From: Acidobacteriota bacterium
Lineage (GTDB): Bacteria > Acidobacteriota > UBA890 > WLXD01
DNA length: 64,000 nt
Direction of reading: 5' to 3'
NCBI GenBank assembly: GCA_965205505.1
Contig: CBDBHB010000008.1
Span: 1,184,001 to 1,248,000 of the forward strand
Shown here: piece after piece, positions 1 to 10,062 of the stretch
How positions within the stretch are numbered: position 1 is the stretch's first letter
Layout: each line of letters begins with the position of its first letter
Notes under the pieces: model-generated
Database searches by the model: none
What the model was told of the DNA's origin: nothing
Seen by the model: the letters and a program-made list of their open reading frames with translations, nothing else
Program-made: the position numbers and the translations under genes

Positions 1-1077
1 CTCGTTGGCCGGACTCACGCGGTGAAACGCCTTGTTCGGGACGTAACCGCGTCCGTCCGAGGCGAGGAGCTGGATCCGGGCCGGGACGATCACGCCGTCG
101 GGTCCGGTCACGCGTCCGCGCAGGGTCGCGCTGGCGTAGTGCGGTGACAGGCGGGTCTGGGTAATCCGTTCCCAGGCCTGATTGCCGGCGCCGAAACGAG
201 ACGTCACGTACAGAACGGTAGGGCCGTCCTGATTGCCGACGAAGGCGACGCGCTCGCCGTCGGGACTCACCGCCGGGGCGAACTCGTCCAGAGGCTGCGT
301 GGTCAAGCGAACGCGGTTGCCGCCCGCGGAGGGGACCGTCGCCAGGTCGTAGGATCCGGCAACGTCGGAGGCGAACATCAGGGCCGAGCCATCCGGTGTC
401 CACGCGGGGGCAGGCCGGTAGCTGGTTTCTTCGTAATGCACGAGCCAGGGCTCGCCGCCTGCCATCGGGACTATCCAGATTCCCCCGCTTCCGAGGCGTC
501 CCCTCACGCTGGCGATGAACGCGAGCTGCGAACCGTCGGGGGACAGCGCGGGCTGGAACTGGTGCCCGGTTCCGCCGACCACGGTGTCGACCGCACCGGT
601 TGCCACCTCGTAGCGCAGGATGTCGAAATCCCCTCCGCGGGCCGAGGCGAAGACAATGCGTCGTCCATCAGGAGTCCAGGCCGGCTGAATGTCCACCGCG
701 GCGTCGGAGGTCAGGCGCCGGAACCCCGTGCCATCGGCCCGAACGACGGCGATGTCGAGATCGCCGTCCGTATCAACGGCGAGCGCGACCCATTCACCGT
801 CCGGGCTCCACGCCGGCTCGAAGTGATAGCCGGGGCCCTGGGTGATGGCCCGGGCGTGCTCCGTGCCGATGCTCTGAACCCAGATGTCGCCGCGCATCGA
901 ATAGGCCAGCGTCGAGCCGTCCGGATGCCAGCTCGGATCGAGCGGTCCGCTGGTGACGGCCGGGAGCATGTGGAGCTCGACACGGGTCGAAAGCCCATAG
1001 CGTGGGACCTGGGCAGCCGCGAAGGAGGCGACGGAGATCCATGCGACACACCCGAACGACAGGAACCTACGCGGCAT
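1..1077 (-). CDS. Secreted TolB-like (PD40 repeat) beta-propeller protein; 3' end runs off the window
   Basis: Manual minus-strand translation from ATG 1077: MPRRFLSFGCVAWISVASFAAAQ signal peptide; repeated motifs PSWHPDG, PAWTPDG, PAVSPDG. Confidence 0.75.
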   Translation of the reverse strand, partial: MPRRFLSFGCVAWISVASFAAAQVPRYGLSTRVELHMLPAVTSGPLDPSWHPDGSTLAYSMRGDIWVQSIGTEHARAITQGPGYHFEPAWSPDGEWVALAVDTDGDLDIAVVRADGTGFRRLTSDAAVDIQPAWTPDGRRIVFASARGGDFDILRYEVATGAVDTVVGGTGHQFQPALSPDGSQLAFIASVRGRLGSGGIWIVPMAGGEPWLVHYEETSYRPAPAWTPDGSALMFASDVAGSYDLATVPSAGGNRVRLTTQPLDEFAPAVSPDGERVAFVGNQDGPTVLYVTSRFGAGNQAWERITQTRLSPHYASATLRGRVTGPDGVIVPARIQLLASDGRGYVPNKAFHRVSPANE

Positions 1078-1131
1078 GTAAGCATCCGGGGTCTGCGGAC
1101 GAGAATCTAGAGGTCATTGTTTCGGAGACCC

Positions 1132-1490
1132 TCAGCCCTCAATCCGATGGGCTTCCACTACTTGAACTCCCTCGTCCCAAGTCTCGCCTTCGTCGGTCGA
1201 AACGTCTACGCGATAAGTAAAGTGGTCATCCGTTATGTCGAGATAGGTCTCCCGAACCAAAAGGCCGGGCGCCTGGCTCATGAGCGTAACCGAGGTCTCG
1301 CTGACCAGCACACCGCCGAGCTCTCCAGTTCCTTGTGAAGCCAGAGTGGAAGCCAGTACATCCAGGTACTCGACGATCCATCTGTGCTGGTCGGTGTCGT
1401 AAAAGCGCAAGGTCACGCCGAGGATCGCCCATCCCGACTGCTCACCGCGCTGTCGATATTCATCAGCGATCGCGTAGCCATCCGAGAAAT
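1132..1490 (-). pseudogene. C-terminal part of a DUF1579-like beta-barrel protein, 5' end missing
   Basis: DGYAIADEYR...GVTLRFYD...W...STDEGETW pattern; upstream part is replaced by the arsR promoter. Confidence 0.45.
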
Positions 1491-1502
1491 CATGTATATT
1501 CC

Positions 1503-1536
1503 TTGACACGAATATTCTGTCATGAGAATATTCGTG
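1503..1536 (+). promoter_or_regulatory. arsR promoter/operator: TTGACA -35 overlapped by a perfect 12-6-12 inverted repeat
   Basis: TTGACA 1503-1508; CACGAATATTCT (1507-1518) / AGAATATTCGTG (1525-1536) immediately before ATG 1538. Confidence 0.75.
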
Positions 1537-1537
1537 C

Positions 1538-1849
1538 ATGATTGAGATGTTCGTCGCACTCGCCGAGCCTAACCGCTTGCGTATCATCGAGTTGCTGCGT
1601 GCCGGACCGCGTGCGGTGGGCGAAATCGGGGACCGACTTCGACTACGCCAACCGCAAACATCGAAGCATCTGCGAGTCTTGAAGGAAGCCGGACTCGTCG
1701 ACGTGCGCCCCGACGCTCAGCGCCGGGTGTACCAGCTGCGCGCTCAGCCGCTTCGCGAGCTCGATACGTGGCTGGAGCCATATCGCCAGTATTGGAGCGA
1801 ACGGCTCGACGCTCTGGAGACCATGCTTCGAAACGACTCCGAGGAGTGA
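1538..1849 (+). CDS. ArsR/SmtB family transcriptional regulator
   Basis: ALAEPNRLRIIELL...QPQTSKHLRVLKEAGLV HTH. Confidence 0.92.
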   Translation: MIEMFVALAEPNRLRIIELLRAGPRAVGEIGDRLRLRQPQTSKHLRVLKEAGLVDVRPDAQRRVYQLRAQPLRELDTWLEPYRQYWSERLDALETMLRNDSEE

Positions 1850-1853
1850 GCGC

Positions 1854-2300
1854 GTGAGCTCGACCGTGCCTGCAATCAAAATGACCCGGATGATCAACGC
1901 CCCCGCCGCCAAAGTGTTCGAGGCGTGGACCGACGTGGCCCAGCTAAAGCGTTGGTTCGCACCGCATCCCTACGAAGTGCGCGAAGCGACCGCGGACGTA
2001 CGGCCCGGCGGTCGTTACCGATTCGTCGCGGCCAGCGAAGACGACGGACCTCACACGACGACGGGCGAGTACTTGGAATTGGAGCCGGGGCGCCGCCTCG
2101 TGATGACGTGCTTCTACGAGGGCCCCTTCGGCGACGACGAAACGCCCTCGGTGTTGACCGTTGATTTTCGTGAAGTTGCTCCAGGAGTGACCGAGCTCAC
2201 GCTGACACATGCCGAGCTCCGCGACGACGAAGGTGGCCGCGAGGGTTGGACTCTCATCCTGGACAAACTCGCGGCGCTCCTCGACGGCGCGGGATCCTGA
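1854..2300 (+). CDS. SRPBCC (AHSA1-like) family protein
   Basis: RMINAPAAKVFEAWTD...DVRPGGRY...GWTLILDKL; typical ArsR-SRPBCC pair. Confidence 0.9.
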   Translation: MSSTVPAIKMTRMINAPAAKVFEAWTDVAQLKRWFAPHPYEVREATADVRPGGRYRFVAASEDDGPHTTTGEYLELEPGRRLVMTCFYEGPFGDDETPSVLTVDFREVAPGVTELTLTHAELRDDEGGREGWTLILDKLAALLDGAGS

Positions 2301-2344
2301 CAGCAAGCTGTCGCACTCCGTCGCGCCGCACGCCAGGCGGCGGG

Positions 2345-2884
2345 TTACGCACCGCAGGCAATCGCCTTGATTCCTAGCACCGTGTTCCAGTTCCGGGCTG
2401 TGCCGCGGCTACCCAGCGCCTTCTCGATCACAGCACCTGTGAGGCGAGAGCGGCCTATGCCATTTGGATATACGACGTACGCCTGCTTGCCGCGGGCGCG
2501 GATCAGCTCGGGCCCCTTGATGGACGACTGGAGCGACCCCACGGCTCGGGCGGAGGGAGTCTTCCTGAGAAACATGACGGCGAGCTTGCTCGGCTCGTTC
2601 TCTGCAGCTCGGGTGAAAGGGTTGCGCTGGACAAGCGCCTTCCACTGCTTCAAGGACCGCACGAAGAAGTCCGTCTCGAGATCGAGGTCACTCTGGGCCC
2701 GAGTCTCCAGAATGTGCTCGAGCTCCCCGGCTCCCGAACTGCTCGTAAATACGACATTCCCGCTCTGGAGTAATGTCTGCACGGGCTCGTACCCAAGCGC
2801 CGAGAACAGGTTGCGTAAGTCACTCATGGCGACGGGCCGACGGCCACCGACATTGACTGCGCGCAGGAGCGCAACGTGAGTCAT
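2345..2884 (-). CDS. DUF1697 family protein
   Basis: VALLRAVNVGG...LQSGNVVF...TARNWNTV. Confidence 0.9.
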   Translation of the reverse strand: MTHVALLRAVNVGGRRPVAMSDLRNLFSALGYEPVQTLLQSGNVVFTSSSGAGELEHILETRAQSDLDLETDFFVRSLKQWKALVQRNPFTRAAENEPSKLAVMFLRKTPSARAVGSLQSSIKGPELIRARGKQAYVVYPNGIGRSRLTGAVIEKALGSRGTARNWNTVLGIKAIACGA

Positions 2885-2970
2885 CGTCTTCTTAGTGCCG
2901 CCGTGCTCACCGTCACATTAGGAGAGCGGCGGGCGATTGTTGCGGGCGCAGCACATTGCCATACGCGTTC

Positions 2971-3621
2971 CTATGCTACGCCCCTAAAGCACGCATAGTT
3001 CTGGCCCGCCGTAGGTGATTCGATTTCTTCTTCTAGCACCATCAAGCATTCTGCACTCTTGAACCCGACACGGCGCAACATTTCGATATGTTTTGCTATC
3101 TCGAATCGGCCCGGTTCATACTCGTATATGGCCTTGTCAGGCTTGATGAAGTCTCCATTCAGCAACATCTGGCCACGTTGAAGTACTTGCGCGCAGCTCC
3201 TATAGACCACTTCGACGCTCTCTTGGCTACCAAGGTCGTGCAACGCCCAGGTTGAAACGATGGCATTGACCGGCGTAGGGATGTCCGTCCACCACCTATC
3301 CATTACGAGATCAGCCTGAACATGACCGACTCGGGCCGAATAAGGCCTCGGTCTTTGTCGCGCAATATCGAGCATCGGGCCAGAAAACTCGACACCGTAA
3401 TATTGAATGTCGAGCATCGCTCTCAGCAGATGAACCGCCAAGTACCCAGGACCAATCCCGAGCTCGATCACGCAGCCGTTTGGTGGAATTCGTGATTCCA
3501 GCTCCGACAGCATGACGTTGAACAACTCCAGCCTTTCGGGTGTCGGCACGAAGCGCTCAGCCCATTCTTCGACATATTCTTCATCATGGAATTCGTGACA
3601 CGCACCTATAACTCTATTCAT
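2971..3621 (-). CDS. Class I SAM-dependent methyltransferase
   Basis: VIELGIGPG motif I; VSTWALHD. Confidence 0.85.
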   Translation of the reverse strand: MNRVIGACHEFHDEEYVEEWAERFVPTPERLELFNVMLSELESRIPPNGCVIELGIGPGYLAVHLLRAMLDIQYYGVEFSGPMLDIARQRPRPYSARVGHVQADLVMDRWWTDIPTPVNAIVSTWALHDLGSQESVEVVYRSCAQVLQRGQMLLNGDFIKPDKAIYEYEPGRFEIAKHIEMLRRVGFKSAECLMVLEEEIESPTAGQNYACFRGVA

Positions 3622-3676
3622 TGTTTCCTCATGGACAACACTAGAAGCGCGTACACGACGTCGAGGCGAGTCGAAC

Positions 3677-4327
3677 TCACGGTGCAGAGCTGCGATGCCT
3701 CTCGATCCAAGCCGCCCACGGTGGCAACAGCCACAGGATCAGCGCACCCGCCGCCACAGCAGTCACCGATCCGGGTAGCGGGGCCCACGGCTGGGTGACC
3801 CATATCAGTCCGGTCAGACCCACCAGAGCGATGAGAGCCCATGTGCCTGTACGGTCGCGGGCGGAGCTGGCGCCGACGTAAAGCCAGAGCCCCCCAGCGA
3901 GCAGGCCCGCTTCGACCAGAACCGTGCCAGGAATGGAATTCCAGAGTCCGAGGCCCACCACCGGACCGCCCGGCCAAAGCGGTAGGTCTGGTCGGTGCGT
4001 GATCAGGTCCAGAACCCAATGACTCAGAACTAGCCCCCCCAGCACCACGCCGGCCCGCCACGAGCCAAACAGCCGGCGCCCGAGGAACGCCACGACTCCC
4101 GACCATCCGATGACCGCCAGGAGACTGTGACTCCAGGGGTAAGAGGCGAAGGCGAGATTCGTGAACGCGGTATCGCCCGGGTTGATCCGAACGGTCTCGA
4201 ATCCGAGCAAGAGCAAGACTGGCCACAGCACGTCGAGCCCAAAGGCGGCGGCAACCGATGCTCCCAAAGGCAGTCGCGGCTCCACCTTCTTGGTACCCAG
4301 CGCAACCGCCAGATGACCGACGAACAT
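3677..4327 (-). CDS. Membrane-bound metal-dependent hydrolase family protein
   Basis: MFVGH, PWSHSL, SHWVLDLITHRPDL motifs; multiple TM segments. Confidence 0.8.
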   Translation of the reverse strand: MFVGHLAVALGTKKVEPRLPLGASVAAAFGLDVLWPVLLLLGFETVRINPGDTAFTNLAFASYPWSHSLLAVIGWSGVVAFLGRRLFGSWRAGVVLGGLVLSHWVLDLITHRPDLPLWPGGPVVGLGLWNSIPGTVLVEAGLLAGGLWLYVGASSARDRTGTWALIALVGLTGLIWVTQPWAPLPGSVTAVAAGALILWLLPPWAAWIERHRSSAP

Positions 4328-4351
4328 GGTCCACCTCCATTGTTTAGTGCG

Positions 4352-4366
4352 GCCTAACGGCCCGGC
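4352..4366 (-). other. Probable attC remnant (core box only)
   Basis: GCCTAACGGCCCGG, resembling the arm of the attC at 28978, 25 bp upstream of a minus-strand ATG. Confidence 0.35.
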
Positions 4367-4372
4367 CCATGG

Positions 4373-4726
4373 CTACCGCTCCGACCAGACGGCGAGCTCG
4401 TGGCCTGATGGATCGCGAAAGTGAAAGCGCCTGCCGCCAGGGAACTCGTAGGCCTCCTTCACTATTGTGCCGCCATTGGCGACCACATCTTCCTCGACCC
4501 GCGAGAGATCGACCGCATACAGGACTATGAGAGGACCACCAGAGACCACCGTCGAAGACCCTGCAAAACCACCGGAGAGGCGGCCATCGTCGAAGCTCGC
4601 GTAGTCGGGTCCCCAGTCCGTGCATGACCAACCGAAGACGCTTGAATAAAAGCGCTTTGCCTCGTTGATGTCGAGGACAGGGAACTCGATGTAGTCGATT
4701 CGGAGGTCATGATCTTCTTGGCCCAT
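4373..4726 (-). CDS. VOC/glyoxalase family protein
   Basis: IDYIEF...FYSSVFGW...FPGGRRFHFRDPSGHELAVW; start ATG 4726. Confidence 0.88.
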   Translation of the reverse strand: MGQEDHDLRIDYIEFPVLDINEAKRFYSSVFGWSCTDWGPDYASFDDGRLSGGFAGSSTVVSGGPLIVLYAVDLSRVEEDVVANGGTIVKEAYEFPGGRRFHFRDPSGHELAVWSER

Positions 4727-4851
4727 TAGCAATCTCCCAGATTGGGCGGTTGGAAACGCCGACGCTACAGGGTCGACCAGATCCATCGTAAGCCTCGACT
4801 GAACGCGGGCCTTCACCGGACCGTGCTCCTCACCCCAAGCGACGTGCGAGG

Positions 4852-5349
4852 CTATTCGGGATCGCCGAGATGCAGCCAGAAAAACGCTGCCGCCCGGTCC
4901 ATTGTCTCCGTGAACCACTCCCGGAAGTTCCAAAACGCGTGCGGAGCATGTGGGATCAGCACAACCTCCACTGGCACGTTCGCGCCACCGTACCGCTCGG
5001 CCAGCTGGAGCGATTGCGCGAACGCGACCACTGGATCGGCCTCACTGTGTATGAGGAGCAGCGGCGGAGACGACTCATCAACGTGACTGACCGGCGATGC
5101 GAACTCCCACAGGCCAAGGTCGCTCTCGTGGGGTACACCCAGGAACTCCGTCACCGGCTCCGAGCTCACTGAGAAGTCGGTTGGTGTCGCGAGACCGACT
5201 ACCGCCGACACCGCACTCGGGATGCGCTGGTTCCCACCGGAGCCCTCCAGATCGACCATTTCGGACGTCAAACTCAAGTACGTCGCCAGCAGGGTTTCCG
5301 GAACTCCTCTTTGCAGCCTGGCAGCCAAGCTCAGCTGCAGACAGACCAC
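4852..5349 (-). pseudogene. Alpha/beta hydrolase (BD-FAE-like) C-terminal fragment
   Basis: ASPVSHV..SPPLLLIHSEADPVV...HAF; N-terminal HGG and nucleophile region absent. Confidence 0.6.
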
Positions 5350-5394
5350 GAAGAGGGTTGGCCGTCGGCCGCCGCGCCCTGTTCGGTCGCACCG

Positions 5395-6012
5395 CTAAAC
5401 CAGGCCGTGTATTTTCGCAAACGGGTCCCAGCCAGCTTCGCTATGCCATTCGTATTCAGCCCATATCGCGATCTGCTCGGCAGTCTCCTGCCCCAAGATC
5501 CTACCGATCACGGCCAGCGACATGTCCATTCCGGCGGAAACTCCGGAGGATGTGAAGAACTTGCCATCCTCCACCCAGCGCGCTTCCTTCTCCCACTTCA
5601 CGTTGTCGCCCTGCCAGGTAGCCCACGCAAATGACCGCTTGTTCGTCGTCGCCCGTACGCCATCCAATACCCCTGCTCTCGCCAGGAGCGCGCTGCCTGT
5701 ACATACGGATGTGACGTACTCGGCCCCCATCGATTGGATTCGAAGCCATTCCAGTAGTCTTGGGTTGCCTATTTGCGCGCGGGTGCCCCTGCCACCTGGT
5801 ACAAGCAGAACGTCAAACTGACGTTCTTCGCCGAACCCATGCTCGACGACCGACCTAGGTCCTTGCCGGCTCGCTATCTCTCCGCCGCTTTCTGCAACCA
5901 TGTGAATTTCGAAGCTTTCGGGCGCCATTCCATACATCTCCAGCGGCCCGAACACATCCAAAAGCTCGAATTCCTCGAAGAGAACAACGCCGATTGACCG
6001 CACGGATTTCAC
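5395..6012 (-). CDS. DJ-1/PfpI family protein
   Basis: FELLDVFGPLE, VPGG, SVCTGS, TSSGVSAGMD. Confidence 0.92.
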   Translation of the reverse strand: MKSVRSIGVVLFEEFELLDVFGPLEMYGMAPESFEIHMVAESGGEIASRQGPRSVVEHGFGEERQFDVLLVPGGRGTRAQIGNPRLLEWLRIQSMGAEYVTSVCTGSALLARAGVLDGVRATTNKRSFAWATWQGDNVKWEKEARWVEDGKFFTSSGVSAGMDMSLAVIGRILGQETAEQIAIWAEYEWHSEAGWDPFAKIHGLV

Positions 6013-6511
6013 CTCGCCTATGCTTTCTTCACATGACGGTAGGGGCGCTCAGCTGCGGACCCGCCGTAGGCCCCGGCCCAAGCACCCGAGGACCGAAGCT
6101 CCGAGGAGGCTACCAAGATCGGCGCAGTGGCGGCTGCGACCACCTGGGTAATGGCCGCAAGGGCCCGACCCAGGGAGCGCGGCTAAGGTCAGCCGCCCGC
6201 TTCAGGCGCTCACTCACTCCTCCCTCTCGCAGCCCGAGGCGGGCGACGAGAGTGCGCCTCATTGGAAAACGACTCGCTCGACATCGCCGAGACATTGCGA
6301 CGTTCCGCGTTTCTTCTGACGACTTCCCATCGGTGGGATCCTCAACTTCATGGACGAGATCCCACCGGCAGTGGACTGCTGAATAAGCAGGCCAGTCGTA
6401 CGCCTTGTTGGTCAGAATCAACTTGGCCTTGTCGAAGGTCAGCGCCGCTCCGTCGCGGAGAATCACCTCACCGGCGAACATCCAGACATTGGCCAGGTTG
6501 CGGGGTTGTCG

Positions 6512-7324
6512 CTAGTTCGGTCGGAGCAACCCGCAGTGGGACTCGAGCGTTCCGCGGCAATCGGCATAGGCTCGGCTCAGGCGCTCTCGGACGAGGGGCT
6601 CGAGCGTGATCGCCCGTGGCGACGCATCGCGGATGATGCGGCCGCTGCGGATTCGCTCGGAGGGGTCGCCGTGCCGGCCGGTGAATGGCCAGACCCGGTA
6701 GCGGTCGCTCAGGCCGTGCTCGAGCCCCAGAAAGCGCACGAGGCCGGAGAGGGTCTGCTCGGTGTCATCGATCAGCTCCCCGTAGGTGAGGCCGCGGCAT
6801 CTCTCCGGATCGTCGATGTGCCGGGCGTAGCGCGCCAGCGTTGCCAGTCGGGTGACGTAGTAGTCGGTCGAGTACTCCAGCGTCGTTCCGTAATGGCGGC
6901 CGAGAACGTCGACCATGCTGGCGATGCTCGCCTCCGGCTCGCGAACGAGCAGCAGGATCCGCAGGTCACGGTGACAGAGCAGATCATCCGACTCGATGAA
7001 GTGATCGTGGTTGATCTGGTCGATCAGATACCGGGATCGACGCAGTAAGCGCCGGCGATGGTAGTGGATGTCGACCGCCATGCGCCGGAAGTCGGTCACG
7101 CCAGCATAGGCCGAGTTGCGCTCGCCGTAGCCGAGAATTTCCGGGCTCGAGATCAGCAGTTGTAACAGCAGGGAGGAGCCAGATCGCATATGACCGAGGA
7201 TGAATATGGGCCGCTCGGCTCCGCGCCCGGATCCGAATCGGGCACTGAGCCAGACGAGCGCGGCGCCCCTCAGGACGGCCCGTGCAGCGGCCGGCAGCCA
7301 GGTGGATGGGTCGGAGCGGGGCAA
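6512..7324 (-). CDS. Sulfotransferase family protein
   Basis: PIFILGHMRSGSSLL (5'-PSB loop), VREPEASIAS (3'-PB). Confidence 0.8.
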   Translation of the reverse strand: MPRSDPSTWLPAAARAVLRGAALVWLSARFGSGRGAERPIFILGHMRSGSSLLLQLLISSPEILGYGERNSAYAGVTDFRRMAVDIHYHRRRLLRRSRYLIDQINHDHFIESDDLLCHRDLRILLLVREPEASIASMVDVLGRHYGTTLEYSTDYYVTRLATLARYARHIDDPERCRGLTYGELIDDTEQTLSGLVRFLGLEHGLSDRYRVWPFTGRHGDPSERIRSGRIIRDASPRAITLEPLVRERLSRAYADCRGTLESHCGLLRPN

Positions 7325-7553
7325 CGACGCTCTCCTTATCGTTCAGATCGGACAAGATCGTTCTGGTTGTACCGATCGGGGTCGGCTGCAATCCTGCGCG
7401 AGGTGTTCCGAGTCGAAGCGAATTCCACCGTCACCCATTCTCGGCGATGTCCGATCGATCGGTCAGCCCACCCATACCGGATCCTCCGTTTCCCTTTCTA
7501 TTGCCCGGGCTGCCGCACGCGGAGCCGGCGAGGCTACCCGCGAAGATAGCCGC

Positions 7554-7599
7554 CATGTGACTCTGGTCCTCAACTGGTTCGACGAGCCGAAGCAACTCG
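7554..7599 (+). pseudogene. Isolated C-terminal tail of a Ser/Thr kinase-TolB family gene
   Basis: HVTLVLNWFDEPKQL, near-identical to 12917-12980. Confidence 0.55.
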
Positions 7600-7604
7600 G
7601 TCGA

Positions 7605-7945
7605 GCACCGTAGGCGAACACGGGTTTGCTCAGCGAGGCGACTTCGAAAATAGTGTGCTCATCAACCCGGGAGGCCGAGCCCGCCCGCTGGACGCCGAAG
7701 TCGAGGACCGATTCGATCTCGCCTTCGCAGATGACGGCGACTGACGCGCCGGGAACGTGGTACTTGTCCAGAAGCTCCGGGACGATCGCCGCGATTGCGT
7801 GCTCGAGTGAAGTAGAGGCTGCCGAGGCCTGCCCACGCGATTGCGCGTGGAGACGCGCCCCTGAGCCGACACTCGCGACGGTGAGAAGTCCCGTGAGTGC
7901 AATCGAGAGGGCGCTACATTCAAGCACCGTCGCGCTAGTTCTCAT
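7605..7945 (-). pseudogene. Serine hydrolase (beta-lactamase family) N-terminal fragment
   Basis: Signal peptide, VPGASVAV, TIFEVASLSKPVFAY (SxxK), then truncated. Confidence 0.7.
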
Positions 7946-8012
7946 GTCGGCTCCTGAACGTGACGGGGAGATGCCGAGATCCGCAGCCCATCCGGACAGT
8001 GGCAATTCCGAG

Positions 8013-8768
8013 TCAGGGTGCACCCACTCCATTGCCTTCATTCATGAATGTTCCCCGCGCGAGGAAATGTACGATCTCTCCGGCTACATCTCCGCGGTTC
8101 ATGATGAAGGTGTGCGTAGCGGGGACCACGAGGAAGTCTGCAGCACCGTCGAGTCGCGCCCTGTCGACGCCGACCTTCCCATCGTCGGGTCCGGGAATCA
8201 GCCAAGATCCGATCGGGTTGATACTTCGATCACCGGTGATGATGCCGAGGCGGAAGTCGATCGGCCCGAGCTCCTGAGCGATGCCACTCGAGTCGGTGCC
8301 AAGTCGAGCGCCGGCCGGGCCCAGGAGCGATCGAAGGAGCGGTGATTCGTTGAAAGCGTCAATGAACTCGCTTCCCTGGTTCGGAGGACTCAGCATCACG
8401 ACACGGCCAGCGAACCCGGGGGCGCGGCCTGCGAGATAGCTCCGGACAAGCACACCGCCCAGGGAGTGAGTCACGAAGTGCGTCGTGCCGGCCGGGTCCT
8501 CACAACAGGAGGCGACCGCCGCCTCGAGAGTATCGACCAGATCCTCGATCTCTGCGGAGGTCGACGGGTAGCCAAAGTTGACGACCTGGAATCCCGCCCC
8601 CCTGAGACGCAGGCTCAGTACCGACATCGACGCGGGCGTGCGACCCAGGCCGTGGACCAAGATCACCGTCGCCGCATCAGGAGGAGGGGTTGGCGCACAG
8701 GCGCTAAGCAGTACGCCAACACCGCCCAGTGAGATGACCACCAACCTCGTGAGGGGTCTCCAGCACAC
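8013..8768 (-). CDS. Alpha/beta hydrolase (lipase-like) lipoprotein, cassette-like
   Basis: LSAC lipobox, LVHGLGR, THSLGG nucleophile, DDGKV, HTFIM; begins directly after GTTAGC core site. Confidence 0.85.
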   Translation of the reverse strand: MCWRPLTRLVVISLGGVGVLLSACAPTPPPDAATVILVHGLGRTPASMSVLSLRLRGAGFQVVNFGYPSTSAEIEDLVDTLEAAVASCCEDPAGTTHFVTHSLGGVLVRSYLAGRAPGFAGRVVMLSPPNQGSEFIDAFNESPLLRSLLGPAGARLGTDSSGIAQELGPIDFRLGIITGDRSINPIGSWLIPGPDDGKVGVDRARLDGAADFLVVPATHTFIMNRGDVAGEIVHFLARGTFMNEGNGVGAP

Positions 8769-8881
8769 GCTAACGGTCCTGAGCCACAGCTGCGGCGCCT
8801 CCGCGGCCTTGTCTGGAGTCGTCAGTTTCCGACACTCTCCCAGCGAACCGCGCCGCCGTCAGCCGCTGGCTCCTATCATAC
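8768..8881 (-). other. Degenerate attC site
   Basis: CGCTAACGGTCCTGAGCCACAGCTGCGGCGC...GCCGTCAGCCGCTGGCTCCT; same family as attC 29597-29720; the other core is mutated to ATCATAC. Confidence 0.7.
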
Positions 8882-8888
8882 AAATAGA

Positions 8889-8948
8889 CTACAGGAGCTC
8901 TTGAACGCTTCGCGAGTCAGCCCGGCGTCGCGCGCGATACCGCCCATC
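8889..8948 (-). pseudogene. hicA: 3' remnant of hicA (copy of the 29728-29788 region)
   Basis: ctacaggagctcttgaacgcttcgcgagtcagcccggcgtcgcgcgcgataccgcccatc aligns with the hicA 3' end with few differences. Confidence 0.75.
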
Positions 8949-8996
8949 AATGATACTTGGATCCTCAGTCGCTTCGCGCCCTACTCGACACGCCCC

Positions 8997-9662
8997 TCAG
9001 GCGGCACGCAGGCTGAATGGTGGATAGCGATCGGTCACCATCAGGAGTGCGTAGGCCCCCACCCGCAGATGCCAGCGGCCGACTCCCACGATGAAGTCGA
9101 AAATCCCCTTCGGGTATCGACCGGTCACCAGAATGGCGAGCCAGGCCAAGATCACGGCAAAGATGGCCACGATGTTGAGAAAGAACAGGACGACGACATG
9201 AGGGATCGCCAGCAGCCACTTGACCAGGGGTAACCACCGATTGAGATCACGTTTCGCGTCGGGGTAGTCGATGTCCAGGTGGACAGCCTGCTCCTCTACG
9301 GTCGACGGGTATCGGTCGGTGAGAAGGAATAGGTAGGCGCCGACTCTGGCCCCGAATCGGACCAACTCGCGAGAGAAGTCGAACCACCAGCGCGGATAAC
9401 GCTGGCGAAAGACAATCATCAGCATCGTTGCCGCTACAAGACCGCTGGCCAGCCGCCCAGCCGTCTCCCTGCTTCTTTCCACGACCTCACCGGCGGCATC
9501 GATGACCACCGTCTCGACGACCGTCTCGCCGGCCCCCGAGATGAGGCCCAGGATGATGGCGACGGGAATGATCCAAACAAGACGGAAGAAGGTGGTCAGC
9601 CGGTCCAGTTTCTCCGGATAGTCGATCTCCAGGCGAGCAGCATAGTCAGTGGAATTGGCCAT
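8997..9662 (-). CDS. DUF4389 domain membrane protein
   Basis: Duplicated motif RYPRWWFDF...YLFLLTDRYP / GRYPKGIFDF...LMVTDRYPPF. Confidence 0.85.
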   Translation of the reverse strand: MANSTDYAARLEIDYPEKLDRLTTFFRLVWIIPVAIILGLISGAGETVVETVVIDAAGEVVERSRETAGRLASGLVAATMLMIVFRQRYPRWWFDFSRELVRFGARVGAYLFLLTDRYPSTVEEQAVHLDIDYPDAKRDLNRWLPLVKWLLAIPHVVVLFFLNIVAIFAVILAWLAILVTGRYPKGIFDFIVGVGRWHLRVGAYALLMVTDRYPPFSLRAA

Positions 9663-9719
9663 AAGCACCTCATCCTCTCTATCAGTTATGGATGATGACC
9701 CCGGCGGATGCGGCCCAGG

Positions 9720-10002
9720 CCATGGAAGATCAGCCTGCCACATGTGGCTCGGGATCTGGGTCGCATCGGTTCCGGCACTGCGTTCGGCGCGGCCAGCTGC
9801 TTTCTTCGCCGCCTGGTTCCTCGCGATCGCCGGGATGATCAACGGCATCGCCCATCCGCTCTTGGGCATCGCCTCGAGTGGGTACTTCCCGGGCTTGGTG
9901 ACCTCGCCCTTCATCGGTGTCGCGAGTGTTTGGCTCTGGCTCCGACTCCGCAGGGCGACCCGACCAAGGAGCGGCGGAGGCGGGTCGATACGGTCCGCAT
10001 GA
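9720..10002 (+). pseudogene. HXXEE-like membrane protein C-terminal fragment
   Basis: INGIAHPLL...GYFPGLVTSP; no N-terminus. Confidence 0.45.
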
Positions 10003-10062
10003 CCGTTGGATTCTCACCCGGTCGAGCAGAGCGATTTCCGGATGAATCTCCATTTCGCTCGA

